Shown here one piece after another: positions 8,709 through 17,809 of a stretch of 60,827 bases of DNA; the first letter of the stretch is position 1, and each line of letters opens with the position of its first letter. The position numbers and the translations under genes are program-made. This DNA is from Chlamydiia bacterium (GTDB lineage Bacteria; Chlamydiota; Chlamydiia; Chlamydiales; SM23-39): assembly GCA_016213175.1 (NCBI GenBank), contig JACRBF010000029.1, positions 1-60,827 on the forward strand, written 5' to 3'. The notes beneath the pieces are model-generated. The model searched no databases, had not been told where the DNA came from, and saw only the letters and a list, made by a program, of their open reading frames with translations.

Positions 8709-9230
8709 TCAAGAGTTCCTGCTCGCGCTTTTTAAGCTTTCGGCGAGCGCCTGAAGAAGAGCGAGAAAATCTTGTTTTGTACTTCCTTCGGAGGATTTCT
8801 CATTCGTCTTGGAACGATACATCTCGATTTCAAGGGTAGCTGTTGCGGTTTCTATATCTTTGCGAGACTGAATGCCAGCGGTCGCAAGTCCGAAGAAATG
8901 GGGCGTTTGGTCAGCTGCCATTTTTAAAAATCCTCGATCTTCCGCATTAGGAAAACCAAACATGGCGAAACTGAGGGCAAAAGAGCCTGTTCCAATCCAG
9001 AGATTTTTACGGCCATAATCTTTCTGGAGATCAGCTGATTTAAGGGTGGCGTTAAAATAGGAGCGTTTCATCTTTTCAATCGATTGAGAATCGTTCACGG
9101 ATACTCGCTGCAGCTGGAGAAAAATCTGGGCAACAAGCTTTTGCAGATCGATAATGTAGTTGAATGGTTTGTCTTCTGTGCTTGCAGGTATTTGAGCCTG
9201 AAGGTGAAATGAGGTAGAAATGGGTTGCAT
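8709..9230 (-). CDS. candidate T3SS minor translocator (CopD/YopD-like position), 173 aa
   Basis: Last gene of the chaperone-translocator operon. One central hydrophobic segment (LWIGTGSFALSFAMFGF). SD aagga 8 nt upstream. Assigned by context and architecture only. Confidence 0.45.
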   Translation of the reverse strand: MQPISTSFHLQAQIPASTEDKPFNYIIDLQKLVAQIFLQLQRVSVNDSQSIEKMKRSYFNATLKSADLQKDYGRKNLWIGTGSFALSFAMFGFPNAEDRGFLKMAADQTPHFFGLATAGIQSRKDIETATATLEIEMYRSKTNEKSSEGSTKQDFLALLQALAESLKSASRNS

Positions 9231-9243
9231 ATACTATTCCTTA

Positions 9244-10212
9244 TCAAAGTTGCATTACGGATGAGGCAATCGCCTCGTGCATTTCTTGGGTCAACGCTTG
9301 CGCAGCTTCGATCATATTGCGGGCGTCTTGAGATTGCATGCTTATCTCTAGTTTAATGGTCTCTGTCTGAGCTTCTAGAATGTGCGCTTCGCTCTGTAGA
9401 TCGCCCATCCGTTTTTCGGAGGCGACTTTGTTCAGGTGGGCTGTCGCACCGACTGCGGAGCTGGCGAGTTGGATAGTGGCCGCCACTTTTGCGGCAAGAT
9501 GCTTGCGTCCTAGCTCGGCTCCAACGGCAGCAAAGCCCATAGAATAGACGGCCAAGCCCCCTCCAGCAAGCCCTAGTCCCATGGAAAGATATAGCGCGCC
9601 CATCTCTATTTTTTGGGCAATACTCTTTTGCCATTCAGCCGATTGCGTGAACCAGGAGACGATCGTCTGATATCCGCCTGTTTCTTGCAGGATGCGATTA
9701 CTCAGGCCCAAGACACCAGAGGCCATCAAGAGAGCGCCTGCCCAGGGAGCCATAGAGAAGAGGGAAAATCCGACAACCATGGATGCGGCTGTGGTGAGAT
9801 ATTCGGCAACCGATCCCCAGACGCCCCAGGTGTGACGTTTAGATACCTCTTCAGCATATTGACGTAGCGCTTCGTTTTTTTCTTTATTTAACCGTGCAAT
9901 GTCTGCGAGTTCGATCGAAGACTCTGTTTTGAATAGGGCAAGGTCGTGCGCTAAGAGCTCTTCAAATTGGGTATGTACTTCGAGGAGGGGGACCATGTAG
10001 TGCTGCGTTGCGGGCGGAGCCAGCTCGGGGCGATGTCTAGTTGACTCTGGAGCAATCTGCGATTTGCTGACAGAGGAAGCAGATGAAATGCCTTGAGGGA
10101 CTGGTTGAGTTGGGGAGGATTGAGGAGGGGCTATAGGCGATAGCAAGGCAGAAAGGGAGCCTTGGCGGAAGACTTCATCCCAATCATCGAAACCGGTAGC
10201 GATGGCGCTCAT
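9244..10212 (-). CDS. copB: candidate T3SS major translocator (CopB/YopB-like), about 322 aa
   Basis: Two long hydrophobic regions (WGVWGSVAEYLTTAASMVVGFSLFSMAPWAGALLMASGVLGL and MGALYLSMGLGLAGGGLAVYSMGFAAVGA) flanked by coiled-coil-like segments. It lies directly downstream of an LcrH-type chaperone. ATG 10212 overlaps the chaperone stop (ATGA) and has GGAGAG 7 nt upstream; the alternative ATG is at 10227. Confidence 0.6.
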   Translation of the reverse strand: MSAIATGFDDWDEVFRQGSLSALLSPIAPPQSSPTQPVPQGISSASSVSKSQIAPESTRHRPELAPPATQHYMVPLLEVHTQFEELLAHDLALFKTESSIELADIARLNKEKNEALRQYAEEVSKRHTWGVWGSVAEYLTTAASMVVGFSLFSMAPWAGALLMASGVLGLSNRILQETGGYQTIVSWFTQSAEWQKSIAQKIEMGALYLSMGLGLAGGGLAVYSMGFAAVGAELGRKHLAAKVAATIQLASSAVGATAHLNKVASEKRMGDLQSEAHILEAQTETIKLEISMQSQDARNMIEAAQALTQEMHEAIASSVMQL

Positions 10213-10637
10213 TGATATTCTCTCCATTGCTCCTTAAGAAGAGCGATTTTTGTCCTTAGAGGGTGGTGGGGCGTTAAACGTTCTTCTGCTTCTGAAAGCG
10301 CTTTGAGAGCATCCCCTCCGTTGCGCAGTGAAAGATAGCATTCCGCGGCGTGGAAGTGGGGATAGGGATCGCTTTTTTGTAATAAGGCGCTCATCGCCCA
10401 GGCATGGAGCGCATCGATATATTTCCCCATTTCCTGAAAAGTGGCGCCTAGACCGAACCAAAAGCGAAACTCGGTAGGGCGTTTTGTGCAAAGAACGAGA
10501 AATGCTTTCAAAGCCTCGTTCCAATGCCCACCGTGATAATGGGAAAATGCGTAAGAATAAAAAGTTTCAATGTTCTCTTCCACGGGACAAATTGGGCTAT
10601 CTGGGGATCTGGTTCTTAATGAAAGTATCGCTTTCAC
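10209..10637 (-). CDS. lcrH: T3SS class II (translocator) chaperone, LcrH/SycD family, TPR
   Basis: TPR repeats with family-typical residues: WFGLGATFQEMGKYIDALHAW and PYPHFHAAECYLSL (compare FHAAEC in LcrH/SycD). The start is uncertain: GTG 10637 overlaps the upstream ORF, and GTG 10583 is the alternative. Confidence 0.85.
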   Translation of the reverse strand: MKAILSLRTRSPDSPICPVEENIETFYSYAFSHYHGGHWNEALKAFLVLCTKRPTEFRFWFGLGATFQEMGKYIDALHAWAMSALLQKSDPYPHFHAAECYLSLRNGGDALKALSEAEERLTPHHPLRTKIALLKEQWREYQ

Positions 10638-11187
10638 GTCTCGTCGCTCGCAATATCTCAGACAACGTATTCATCATGCTCTGCAGCCGAGTGAGCGTGG
10701 GTTGGATTTCTGTGGATACGGTTGATTGGATTTGAGATCTTAGGCGGCTATTGTGTTCGCTGATGGACGCTTTAATTTCTGTGAGTTGCTCTTTTGTTAT
10801 TGTTTTTGTATCACTGCTAATGGGGAGTGAGATGCCATGCTTTTCTAATTCGATGACAGAGCTGCGTATCTTATCGGTAATGGCATGAGAGCTCTTATCG
10901 GATGGAAGGGCCGTTAAAGAACTACTCAGAGTAAGGAGGAGGTTGCTGACTGCAAGATCTTGCTTGACAGCTTTTGAGAGTTCTTGAATTTTTCTCGTTT
11001 CCATTTGTTCCTTGGCCAGACCCAATTGAACCGCTGCTAAAGGGATATTAGGAAAGCCCGTGCGGGCAACCCCCTGAACGCGGGAAGATAGTTCGTCTAT
11101 TTGAGACGGTTGAATCGGAGAAGCTACTAGGGGAGGAACAGCTGCTTCAACTTTTTTGCTTTTTTCAATAGGATCGATTCCTGGCAT
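10597..11187 (-). CDS. hypothetical protein, first gene of the translocator operon (196 aa)
   Basis: ATG with a strong SD (aaggag, 7-nt spacer). Ser/Thr/Gln-rich, helical, no TM segment. It occupies the position of the hypothetical gene that precedes the second lcrH copy in Chlamydia (from memory). Confidence 0.5.
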   Translation of the reverse strand: MPGIDPIEKSKKVEAAVPPLVASPIQPSQIDELSSRVQGVARTGFPNIPLAAVQLGLAKEQMETRKIQELSKAVKQDLAVSNLLLTLSSSLTALPSDKSSHAITDKIRSSVIELEKHGISLPISSDTKTITKEQLTEIKASISEHNSRLRSQIQSTVSTEIQPTLTRLQSMMNTLSEILRATRRESDTFIKNQIPR

Positions 11188-11240
11188 GGGCGGACTCCTT
11201 GTTGGCTGAGAGTATAGCGCTCATGAGGCTTTTCGGCCAT

Positions 11241-11249
11241 ATTATACCA
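11241..11249 (-). promoter_or_regulatory. candidate extended -10 box (TGgTATAAT) created at the left terminus of repeat B1, facing the translocator operon
   Basis: The minus strand reads cacgttTGGTATAATatgg, about 55 nt upstream of ATG 11187. No good -35. Purely sequence-based. Confidence 0.3.
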
Positions 11250-11405
11250 AACGTGATTCAATACCCGGATTTGGGCTGATGTGAAGTTTACCAGGTTAAA
11301 CGATCCTAAGCCGCTCAATATTAGAAATATGTGTCATTTTACGATCGTTGGACCAAGAGGTTTTGACACAGCCGAAATCCCAATTCTTGCATCACGTTCT
11401 GTATG
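11243..11405. repeat. Family B palindromic element, long form (~163 bp), diverged copy
   Basis: Termini are tataccaaacgtgattcaatacccggatttgggct ... agccgaaatcccaattcttgcatcacgttctgtat. The internal module (ccaggttaaacgatcctaag ... acgatcgttggaccaagagg) is shared with the 28962-29126 copy. Confidence 0.85.
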
Positions 11406-11560
11406 TAATCGGGTATATACGACTTTCTTTATATGACTCTCTTCTGGCATAAAAAAAACATGACAAAGTATATACTTGTTCCTCCTCAAAGGCGCTCAAA
11501 GCAAATCGATTCAAATCCTCTCAAATCGAATAAAAAAGCGGGGTTAATATTAAGTCAATA

Positions 11561-13348
11561 TTGACCTCGACTTCTTTATTCGATTTGCATCGATTTTCTT
11601 GGGTGCCTTTGAGGTGGAACGGGTATATCCTTTTTCCTGGTCTGTTATTCATTTTAAATCTTTGTGCCTTAACTGAAAGTGATGGCATTCGTCGTATTCA
11701 ATCCCATCTTTTGATCGATGATTCCGCCGCGGCGTTAGAAGAGGCTCAAAAATTAGTAGAGGAGCACCCGGATTCTAGGGCTGCTGGAACCTCTTTTGTC
11801 GAAGCGCTTGCTGCAGCGAGGAGAGAGGAAGAGGCGCTAGCTGTTTGGCACCGCCTGTCTTTACAGTACCCTGATCTTGTGATGGATCGGCACGTCCTGG
11901 AACAGCTTTCCTGGGGGGTGCTGCAACAAGGCTTGCATTCCACGCAAAATGGGGTTCGTCTTGCGGCCTTGATTGGCGCCTATCTGACGCACGACGTAAG
12001 GGCTGTACCGATTTTGTGCGCAATGCTGCGTGATTCCAATGCTGTGATTCGGTCTGTGGCAGCACAGATGGCTGTAGCCTATCAAGACGCCCCTTTAAGA
12101 GAGGAAATTGCTCGTATGATTTCCGAAGAAAAGATCTGGGTGGTGCGTCTTGAGGTGATCAAGGCGGCAGGGGCGCTCAAAATGAAAAGCCTTGCTCCTA
12201 AACTCCAGGCGATTGTCCAGTCGGATAAGGCAACTTATGAAGAGAGACAGCTTGCTATCGAGGCGTTATTAAATATTTATGAGGAGATGTCTCTTCAGCA
12301 ATTTACAGAGCTTGCCAGAAGCAATCGGGCAGGAATACGCCATTTAGCCTGTGTACTTGCCTCCCATTTCGAACTTAAGGAAGCAGGGGATGAAATCTTG
12401 AAATTAGTGCATGATTCACACCCTGATGTGAGGATCGCGGCACTAAATGCTTTAGGGTTGTCCTATAGAAAAAATCTCCCCTCCACAGTTGTGATGGAGG
12501 CGTTGCCTAGTGTGCTGGATGACACCTATCCGGCGGCGGCTATCACGGCGGGATGGGTCGCCATGCTAGTCGATCCCTCTTTGGGAAGGGCGCACTTAGA
12601 AAAGTGGTTCAATGATCCTCTTGCAGAGAATCGAAGGCTGGCTGCCTCTGCTCTCGCTGCCACGGGCAAAAGTGGGGTAGGACTTTCTTTAAAGATTTTG
12701 AAGGAGAGTTCGGATCGCTACGTGAAGGCGAATTTAGTAATGGGGCTTTTGGGGCAGCGCGAGGAAGTTAAAATGTGTTGCGATGTGATTTACGATTTTC
12801 TGCAGGAAGAAAAGCGTTTATGGATGTGGGACACTCGCCCGAATCCCTTGTTTCAAGTCTTGGTTCCTAGTCAAATTCGTTATGTAGATCATATTCCAAA
12901 CTATCCTGAGGCGATTGATCAATTAACAAGGTTGAACTTGGTCTCTCTTTTGGCCATTGTCGATGATGGGCGTGCTTTGGAAGCGCTAAAGGGATTTTTA
13001 CAAAAAAGGACGTGGGGTATTACGGGGGTAGCGGCTGCGACTTTGCTCCAAGAAGGGGATGATTCTGCGCTTGGAGTAGTAAGGCAGCTTCTCCATGAGA
13101 CGGATCCTGATGTGCAGTTACAGGCATGCCTGGTCCTTGCCATGCTAGGACGAGAGGAATCTGTACTCGATGACTTGCAAGGCGCTTATGCGGGGGCCAA
13201 TCACGAGAGGAAAATGCATATTTTGGAAGCGTTAGGGCGTGTGGGAGGGTCGAAATCATTTAGTTTTTTAATCGGCGTATTTCATGAGCCGTTTCCCATT
13301 TTACGCGTCGCCGCTGCCGCCGCACTCATTCAATGTCTTAATCGGTGA
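11561..13348 (+). CDS. HEAT/PBS-lyase-like repeat protein with an N-terminal hydrophobic segment (595 aa)
   Basis: Recurring units such as DSNAVIRSVAAQMA, HPDVRIAALNALG, DPDVQLQACLVLAMLG, FPILRVAAAAAL. TTG start as given by the ORF track; start uncertain. Confidence 0.7.
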   Translation: MTSTSLFDLHRFSWVPLRWNGYILFPGLLFILNLCALTESDGIRRIQSHLLIDDSAAALEEAQKLVEEHPDSRAAGTSFVEALAAARREEEALAVWHRLSLQYPDLVMDRHVLEQLSWGVLQQGLHSTQNGVRLAALIGAYLTHDVRAVPILCAMLRDSNAVIRSVAAQMAVAYQDAPLREEIARMISEEKIWVVRLEVIKAAGALKMKSLAPKLQAIVQSDKATYEERQLAIEALLNIYEEMSLQQFTELARSNRAGIRHLACVLASHFELKEAGDEILKLVHDSHPDVRIAALNALGLSYRKNLPSTVVMEALPSVLDDTYPAAAITAGWVAMLVDPSLGRAHLEKWFNDPLAENRRLAASALAATGKSGVGLSLKILKESSDRYVKANLVMGLLGQREEVKMCCDVIYDFLQEEKRLWMWDTRPNPLFQVLVPSQIRYVDHIPNYPEAIDQLTRLNLVSLLAIVDDGRALEALKGFLQKRTWGITGVAAATLLQEGDDSALGVVRQLLHETDPDVQLQACLVLAMLGREESVLDDLQGAYAGANHERKMHILEALGRVGGSKSFSFLIGVFHEPFPILRVAAAAALIQCLNR

Positions 13349-13351
13349 ATC

Positions 13352-14542
13352 GTGTTGAAAACAGAGAAATTACGTAAGGCGCAAGGATGTTTGAAAGAGA
13401 TAGGGGCGGATGGGTGGCTTCTCTATGATTTTCATAGGAGTAATGACCTTGCCCACCTTTTTCTCGAGATCTCTCCTCAAACCATGATCACGAGGCGATT
13501 CTTTTATTGGATTCCTGTTTCAGGAGAGCCGGTGCGTATTGTTCATGCGATTGAGCCGCATATCCTGGATGGGTGGCCTGGGAGAACCAGGATCTTTCTC
13601 TCTTGGCAATCTCTGCAGAAAGAGGTGAAGACAGCTCTAGGACATGCCAAGAAAATCGCAATGGAGTATTCCCCCAAGAATGGGAATCCCTATGTGTCTT
13701 ACGTAGACGGGGGAACGATCGATCTGATCCGATCGTTCGGAGCGGAGATCGTAAGTTCGGGGGCCTTTTTACCCCATTTTACGGCTGTGTTCAGCAAAGA
13801 ACAGGGAGAGAGTCATATTCGGGCAGCAGGAACGCTTGATCTGATTGTCAGGGGAGTCTGGCATTGGATTGGAAAAGAGCTCAGAGAAAAAAAAAGAGTT
13901 TCTGAACATGATATTCAGGAAAAAGTGGTAGAAGGATTTGAAAAGAACAGATTGATTTCTGATGCAAAACCGATCGTTGCCATTGATGAACACAGCGCAG
14001 ATCCTCATTTTGAAACCCAGAAGGCGGGGTCGAAGCGAGTAGAGGTTGGGTCTTTCATTCTGATCGATCTGTGGGCAAAAGAAAGAGAGGCAGGCGCCGT
14101 TTTTGGAGATATTACTCGAGTGGCGGTTTTTGGGAGAGCCCCTACATCAAAACAGGCAGAAGTATTTCGAGTGGTGCGAAAAGCGCAAAAGGCAGGGATT
14201 GAACTTGTGAAACGGCGCTTTATTGAGGGAAAAAAGGTCTTAGGGTTTGAGGTGGACGACGCCGTACGTGAGGTCGTGCAAGAGGCCGGGTATGGGGACT
14301 ATTTTCTGCATCGGACGGGACATAGCATCGAAAGACATGTGCATGGCAGTGGCGCTAACCTCGATAACTTAGAAATGCATGACGATCGACCACTTCTCCC
14401 CGGGACCTGCTTCTCTGTAGAGCCTGGTATTTATTTACCGGGAGCTTTTGGAGTGCGTCTTGAATCGGATGTATACATTCATCACGACGGACGTGTTGAG
14501 GTTACGGGTGGCGAAGAAGACGAAATCGTTACGATCTCCTGA
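13352..14542 (+). CDS. pepP: M24-family Xaa-Pro aminopeptidase/dipeptidase
   Basis: Pita-bread metal ligand motifs: DLWAK...GDITR, HRTGHSIERHVHG, SVEPGIY, RLESD. GTG start 3 nt after the upstream stop. Confidence 0.85.
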   Translation: MLKTEKLRKAQGCLKEIGADGWLLYDFHRSNDLAHLFLEISPQTMITRRFFYWIPVSGEPVRIVHAIEPHILDGWPGRTRIFLSWQSLQKEVKTALGHAKKIAMEYSPKNGNPYVSYVDGGTIDLIRSFGAEIVSSGAFLPHFTAVFSKEQGESHIRAAGTLDLIVRGVWHWIGKELREKKRVSEHDIQEKVVEGFEKNRLISDAKPIVAIDEHSADPHFETQKAGSKRVEVGSFILIDLWAKEREAGAVFGDITRVAVFGRAPTSKQAEVFRVVRKAQKAGIELVKRRFIEGKKVLGFEVDDAVREVVQEAGYGDYFLHRTGHSIERHVHGSGANLDNLEMHDDRPLLPGTCFSVEPGIYLPGAFGVRLESDVYIHHDGRVEVTGGEEDEIVTIS

Positions 14543-14551
14543 AAAGAGATA

Positions 14552-14630
14552 TATACCGAACGTGATTCAAGAATTGGGATTTCGGCTTTGACACAGCCGA
14601 AATCCCAATTCTTGAATCACGTTCGGTATA
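14552..14630. repeat. Family B palindromic element, short form: perfect 36+7+36 palindrome (79 bp)
   Basis: tataccgaacgtgattcaagaattgggatttcggct ttgacac agccgaaatcccaattcttgaatcacgttcggtata. The arms are exact reverse complements. Confidence 0.95.
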
Positions 14631-15502
14631 TACCAACTCCAAGAAGAGGGCTCTGAGCGAGGAAAGAGCTTCTTTCTCACGGTGTCTGCATCGGGTAGGG
14701 CGTCGTATAGCTCTGTTAAAGTTAAATTCGTTCTTTGCGTATCGCTAAAGCAAAAATAATCGTCTTCATGATCGATCATTCGATCTAGGAACCTCTGATC
14801 AAGAGGTTTCATTTTGCATTTCCCGAGACTTTCTAGCTCTAGCTGGAGAGTGGGAGTTCCAATGATTTCCAGCATAAGAGCAGATTGGAGAGCCGCTGGG
14901 ATCACCTCTTCCTCAAGGCGTGTCCAGGCCATGCGGCGCTCGGCGAGGCGGAGCATTGGATTTTCCATTTTGTTCGTAAAGTCACGGAGATGGCGCGCGC
15001 TATATTTTTGGAGCAGGTCGTTGTAGTAATGATATTGGGCAATCGCAGGCAAGAGGGCTTTGATCGGAGCTGAAGGATGGATTTGACGTAAAGCGTCTAA
15101 GGGGAGGTCTTGCACATGGATCTTATGCGCTTTCAAAAAATCTTGAATTTGTCCCTCTTTCCAGTCCTGAATCTCTTTCAATGCATCGGCTTTCGCCTGT
15201 GCTGCGAGATATTGGTTGTGTAGAGAGAGTGAGGCGGTTTGCAGATGGATGAAGCCCGATTGCAGAGGAACTGTAGCAATAACGAGTCCGATCAGGAGGA
15301 AGGGGGCGATGGGGGGGAGCAGACCAAAGGAGATCGAGATAGCGAGTGTCACAATTGCGAGAAATGCAGCAAGGCAGACTTTAGAGGCTAGATTGGTGAG
15401 ACGGCTCTTGGTTTTTAGGGTGCTTGCAATGTCCTGAAGGTTCTCTGTGATGTGGCGGTTAATTTGCGGCAGGGTAGAGACTTGAGTGGATGTAACAGTC
15501 AT
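14567..15502 (-). CDS. Inc-like membrane protein (bilobed hydrophobic domain), 311 aa
   Basis: Residues ~40-85 form two closely spaced TM segments (VCLAAFLAIVTLAISISFGLLPPIAPFLLIGLVIATVPL), the hallmark of chlamydial inclusion membrane proteins. The last 21 codons and the stop lie inside repeat B2. Confidence 0.55.
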   Translation of the reverse strand: MTVTSTQVSTLPQINRHITENLQDIASTLKTKSRLTNLASKVCLAAFLAIVTLAISISFGLLPPIAPFLLIGLVIATVPLQSGFIHLQTASLSLHNQYLAAQAKADALKEIQDWKEGQIQDFLKAHKIHVQDLPLDALRQIHPSAPIKALLPAIAQYHYYNDLLQKYSARHLRDFTNKMENPMLRLAERRMAWTRLEEEVIPAALQSALMLEIIGTPTLQLELESLGKCKMKPLDQRFLDRMIDHEDDYFCFSDTQRTNLTLTELYDALPDADTVRKKLFPRSEPSSWSWYIPNVIQELGFRLCQSRNPNS

Positions 15503-15558
15503 AGCAGTCTTCTGGTTTTTTTCGCCTACAGTTTACAGAAAGGGGAGATAGTTTCCAC

Positions 15559-16002
15559 TTATTTTCGTTGATTAATAAATAGAAACTGTTTTAACGCCTC
15601 TTGTTTCATTCTTAAATGAATGCTGCTTAGGCCATTAGATCTTCCTGGGGAGAGGGAAGTCGAGATGCCGAGTTCTTCTAGGAAGGTCGGAGAGTGCTGT
15701 AAAAGGGTTTCGGGAGGCTCTCCGTTGTAGACTGAGATGAGAAACGCTGCAAGCCCTGCTGAAATTAACGATTCTGATAAGGCATCGAAGAATAATTTAC
15801 CCTCTTTTAGGGAGGCGTTAAGATAGAGATCGCTTTGACAGCCGCGGACAAGGTGTTCTTTTGTTTTGAATAATAGGGGGTAAGGGGGGAGCGCTTTGCC
15901 CATTTCAATGAGTTTCTTATAGAGCTCTTCTGCTCCGAACAGAGAGGGATCAAATGATTTTTTCAAGGTGACGATTTTGTCTTGAAATGCTTCGCTACTC
16001 AC
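15559..16002 (-). CDS. sufE: SufE/CsdE-like sulfur acceptor protein
   Basis: [13 protein letters not shown]...[11 protein letters not shown] matches the SufE active-site Cys region (GCQS.vw). The ORF is trimmed to GTG 16002 (GGGGA 3-4 nt upstream), because the longer ORF would overlap infA on the opposite strand. Confidence 0.65.
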   Translation of the reverse strand: MSSEAFQDKIVTLKKSFDPSLFGAEELYKKLIEMGKALPPYPLLFKTKEHLVRGCQSDLYLNASLKEGKLFFDALSESLISAGLAAFLISVYNGEPPETLLQHSPTFLEELGISTSLSPGRSNGLSSIHLRMKQEALKQFLFINQRK

Positions 16003-16087
16003 TTTTCCCCATGAACGGTCTTCTTTGGCGTTGACAACAATACACGAAATCTTGTTTGATTGTAAGCATTTCCGAGCCAAAAACTCT

Positions 16088-16306
16088 ATGTCGAAAGAAG
16101 AAACTATCAAGATGGAGGGCAAAGTTGAAGAACTTTTGCCTAACATGAATTTTAGCGTTGTCCTGGAAAACGGGATGCGGGTCATTGCTCACCTTAGTGG
16201 AAAGATGCGGATGCGTAATATTCGGGTTTATGCAGGTGATTCGGTTACGGTGGAAATGTCGCCTTATGATTTAACCAAGGCGCGGATTGTGTATCGTCAA
16301 AAATAA
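16088..16306 (+). CDS. infA: translation initiation factor IF-1
   Basis: 72 aa with an S1-like fold sequence: [70 protein letters not shown]. Confidence 0.95.
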   Translation: MSKEETIKMEGKVEELLPNMNFSVVLENGMRVIAHLSGKMRMRNIRVYAGDSVTVEMSPYDLTKARIVYRQK

Positions 16307-16322
16307 ATTGGCTTGAAAAGGA

Positions 16323-16351
16323 TTGATTTTATTGCTCAAGTGTCTTAAGCT
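16323..16351 (+). promoter_or_regulatory. weak sigma-70/66-type promoter candidate upstream of tRNA-Thr/tuf (TTGATT-N17-TAAGCT)
   Basis: Hexamers and the 17-nt spacer were read directly. The -10 matches only 3/6. Confidence 0.25.
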
Positions 16352-16382
16352 TGCGTGCTTTTGGACGGCGTCCCAGAAAAGC

Positions 16383-16454
16383 GCCCAGGTAGCTCAGTGG
16401 TAGAGCACTTGCATGGTAAGCAAGTGGTCGTAGGTTCAATTCCTATCTTGGGCA
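16383..16454 (+). tRNA. tRNA-Thr (anticodon GGU)
   Basis: Cloverleaf folded by hand: acceptor gcccagg/cttgggc, D-arm gctc agtggta gagc, anticodon stem cttgc/gcaag with loop atGGTaa, T-arm gtagg ttcaatt cctat. No encoded CCA. The position before tuf is classic. Confidence 0.9.
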
Positions 16455-16482
16455 AAATTATAGAACGGAGGATCTAAAGAAA

Positions 16483-17667
16483 ATGGCAAAAGAAACTTAT
16501 CAGAGAACGAAACCGCATGTGAACATCGGTACGATCGGTCACGTTGACCACGGTAAAACGACTTTGACTGCTGCAATCACAAAGATCTTGGCAGATAAGG
16601 GGTATGCGAAATTCCGTGACTATGCCTCGATTGATAATACTCCTGAAGAGAAAGCGCGTGGAATTACGATTAACGCGACGCACGTCGAATATCAGACAGA
16701 CAAGCGGCACTACGCGCACGTCGACTGCCCAGGCCACGCCGACTACGTAAAAAACATGATTACGGGTGCGGCTCAGATGGATGGTGCGATTCTCGTCGTT
16801 GCGGCGACCGACGGACCGATGCCTCAAACGAAAGAGCATATTTTGCTTGCCAAGCAGGTTGGTGTTCCTGCGATCGTCGTCTTCCTCAATAAGATGGATA
16901 TGATCGGTAAGGGAGATGAAGAGCTTGTAGAACTTGTCGAAATGGAGCTGACAGAGCTTCTTGAGTCTAAGGGCTATAAGAACGTGCCTATTATTCGCGG
17001 CTCGGCGTTGAAAGCCCTGGAAGGCGATCCAGAATATGTGAAATCAATCCTGAAGTTGATGGAGACTGTGGATGAGAAGATCCCAACTCCTGTTCGTGAA
17101 GTGGATAAGCCGTTCCTGATGCCCATCGAAGACGTGTTCTCGATTTCTGGTCGGGGTACCGTTGTAACGGGACGCGTAGAGCGGGGTAAAATCCGTGTGA
17201 ACGATAAAATTCAGCTCGTTGGTATTCGCGATACGCGCGATACGGTGGCTACAGGCCTAGAGATGTTTAATAAAACTCTCGATGAAGCGTTGGCTGGAGA
17301 AAACGTGGGCGCTCTGCTCCGCGGGATTGAAAAAGACGACGTAGAGCGTGGCATGGTGCTTGCAGCTCCTGGTAGTTGCACTCCTCATACCCAGTTCCAA
17401 GGAACCGTGTATATCCTTACGAAAGATGAGGGAGGCCGTCATAAGCCATTCTTCACCGGGTATCGTCCTCAGTTTTATTTCCGTACGACCGATGTAACGG
17501 GAACAGTTGAGTTGCCTCAAGGTACCGAGATGATCATGCCAGGCGATAACGTGGTTTTGACTGCAACGTTGATTTGTCCGATCGCCATGGAAGAAGGAAT
17601 GCGTTTTGCAATTCGCGAAGGTGGCAGAACGATCGGCGCTGGTACTGTATCCAAGATTCTCAAATAG
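16483..17667 (+). CDS. tuf: elongation factor Tu
   Basis: 394 aa with [21 protein letters not shown]. Very close to chlamydial EF-Tu sequences. SD ggagga upstream. Confidence 0.99.
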   Translation: MAKETYQRTKPHVNIGTIGHVDHGKTTLTAAITKILADKGYAKFRDYASIDNTPEEKARGITINATHVEYQTDKRHYAHVDCPGHADYVKNMITGAAQMDGAILVVAATDGPMPQTKEHILLAKQVGVPAIVVFLNKMDMIGKGDEELVELVEMELTELLESKGYKNVPIIRGSALKALEGDPEYVKSILKLMETVDEKIPTPVREVDKPFLMPIEDVFSISGRGTVVTGRVERGKIRVNDKIQLVGIRDTRDTVATGLEMFNKTLDEALAGENVGALLRGIEKDDVERGMVLAAPGSCTPHTQFQGTVYILTKDEGGRHKPFFTGYRPQFYFRTTDVTGTVELPQGTEMIMPGDNVVLTATLICPIAMEEGMRFAIREGGRTIGAGTVSKILK

Positions 17668-17705
17668 GCGGATGCGGAGAATTTCTCGAATTCGCGGGTA
17701 ATGCT

Positions 17706-17730
17706 CAGGGGGAACGTCTTCCCCCTGTTT
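17706..17730 (+). terminator. 9-bp GC-rich hairpin plus TTT after tuf (terminator/attenuator or processing signal)
   Basis: cagggggaa cgtc ttccccctg ttt, directly abutting the 5' end of tRNA-Trp. The U-tract is only 3 nt. Confidence 0.45.
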
Positions 17731-17731
17731 G

Positions 17732-17804
17732 GGGTGTGTAGCTCAGTTGGTAGAGCAGCGATCTCCAAAGTCGCTGGTCGGGGGTTCGAGTCCCTCCGCA
17801 CTCG
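17732..17804 (+). tRNA. tRNA-Trp (anticodon CCA)
   Basis: Acceptor gggtgtg/cgcactc (two G-U pairs), D-arm gctc agttggta gagc, anticodon loop ctCCAaa, T-arm ggggg ttcgagt ccctc. The tuf - tRNA-Trp - secE order is typical. Confidence 0.9.
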
Positions 17805-17809
17805 ATTCG

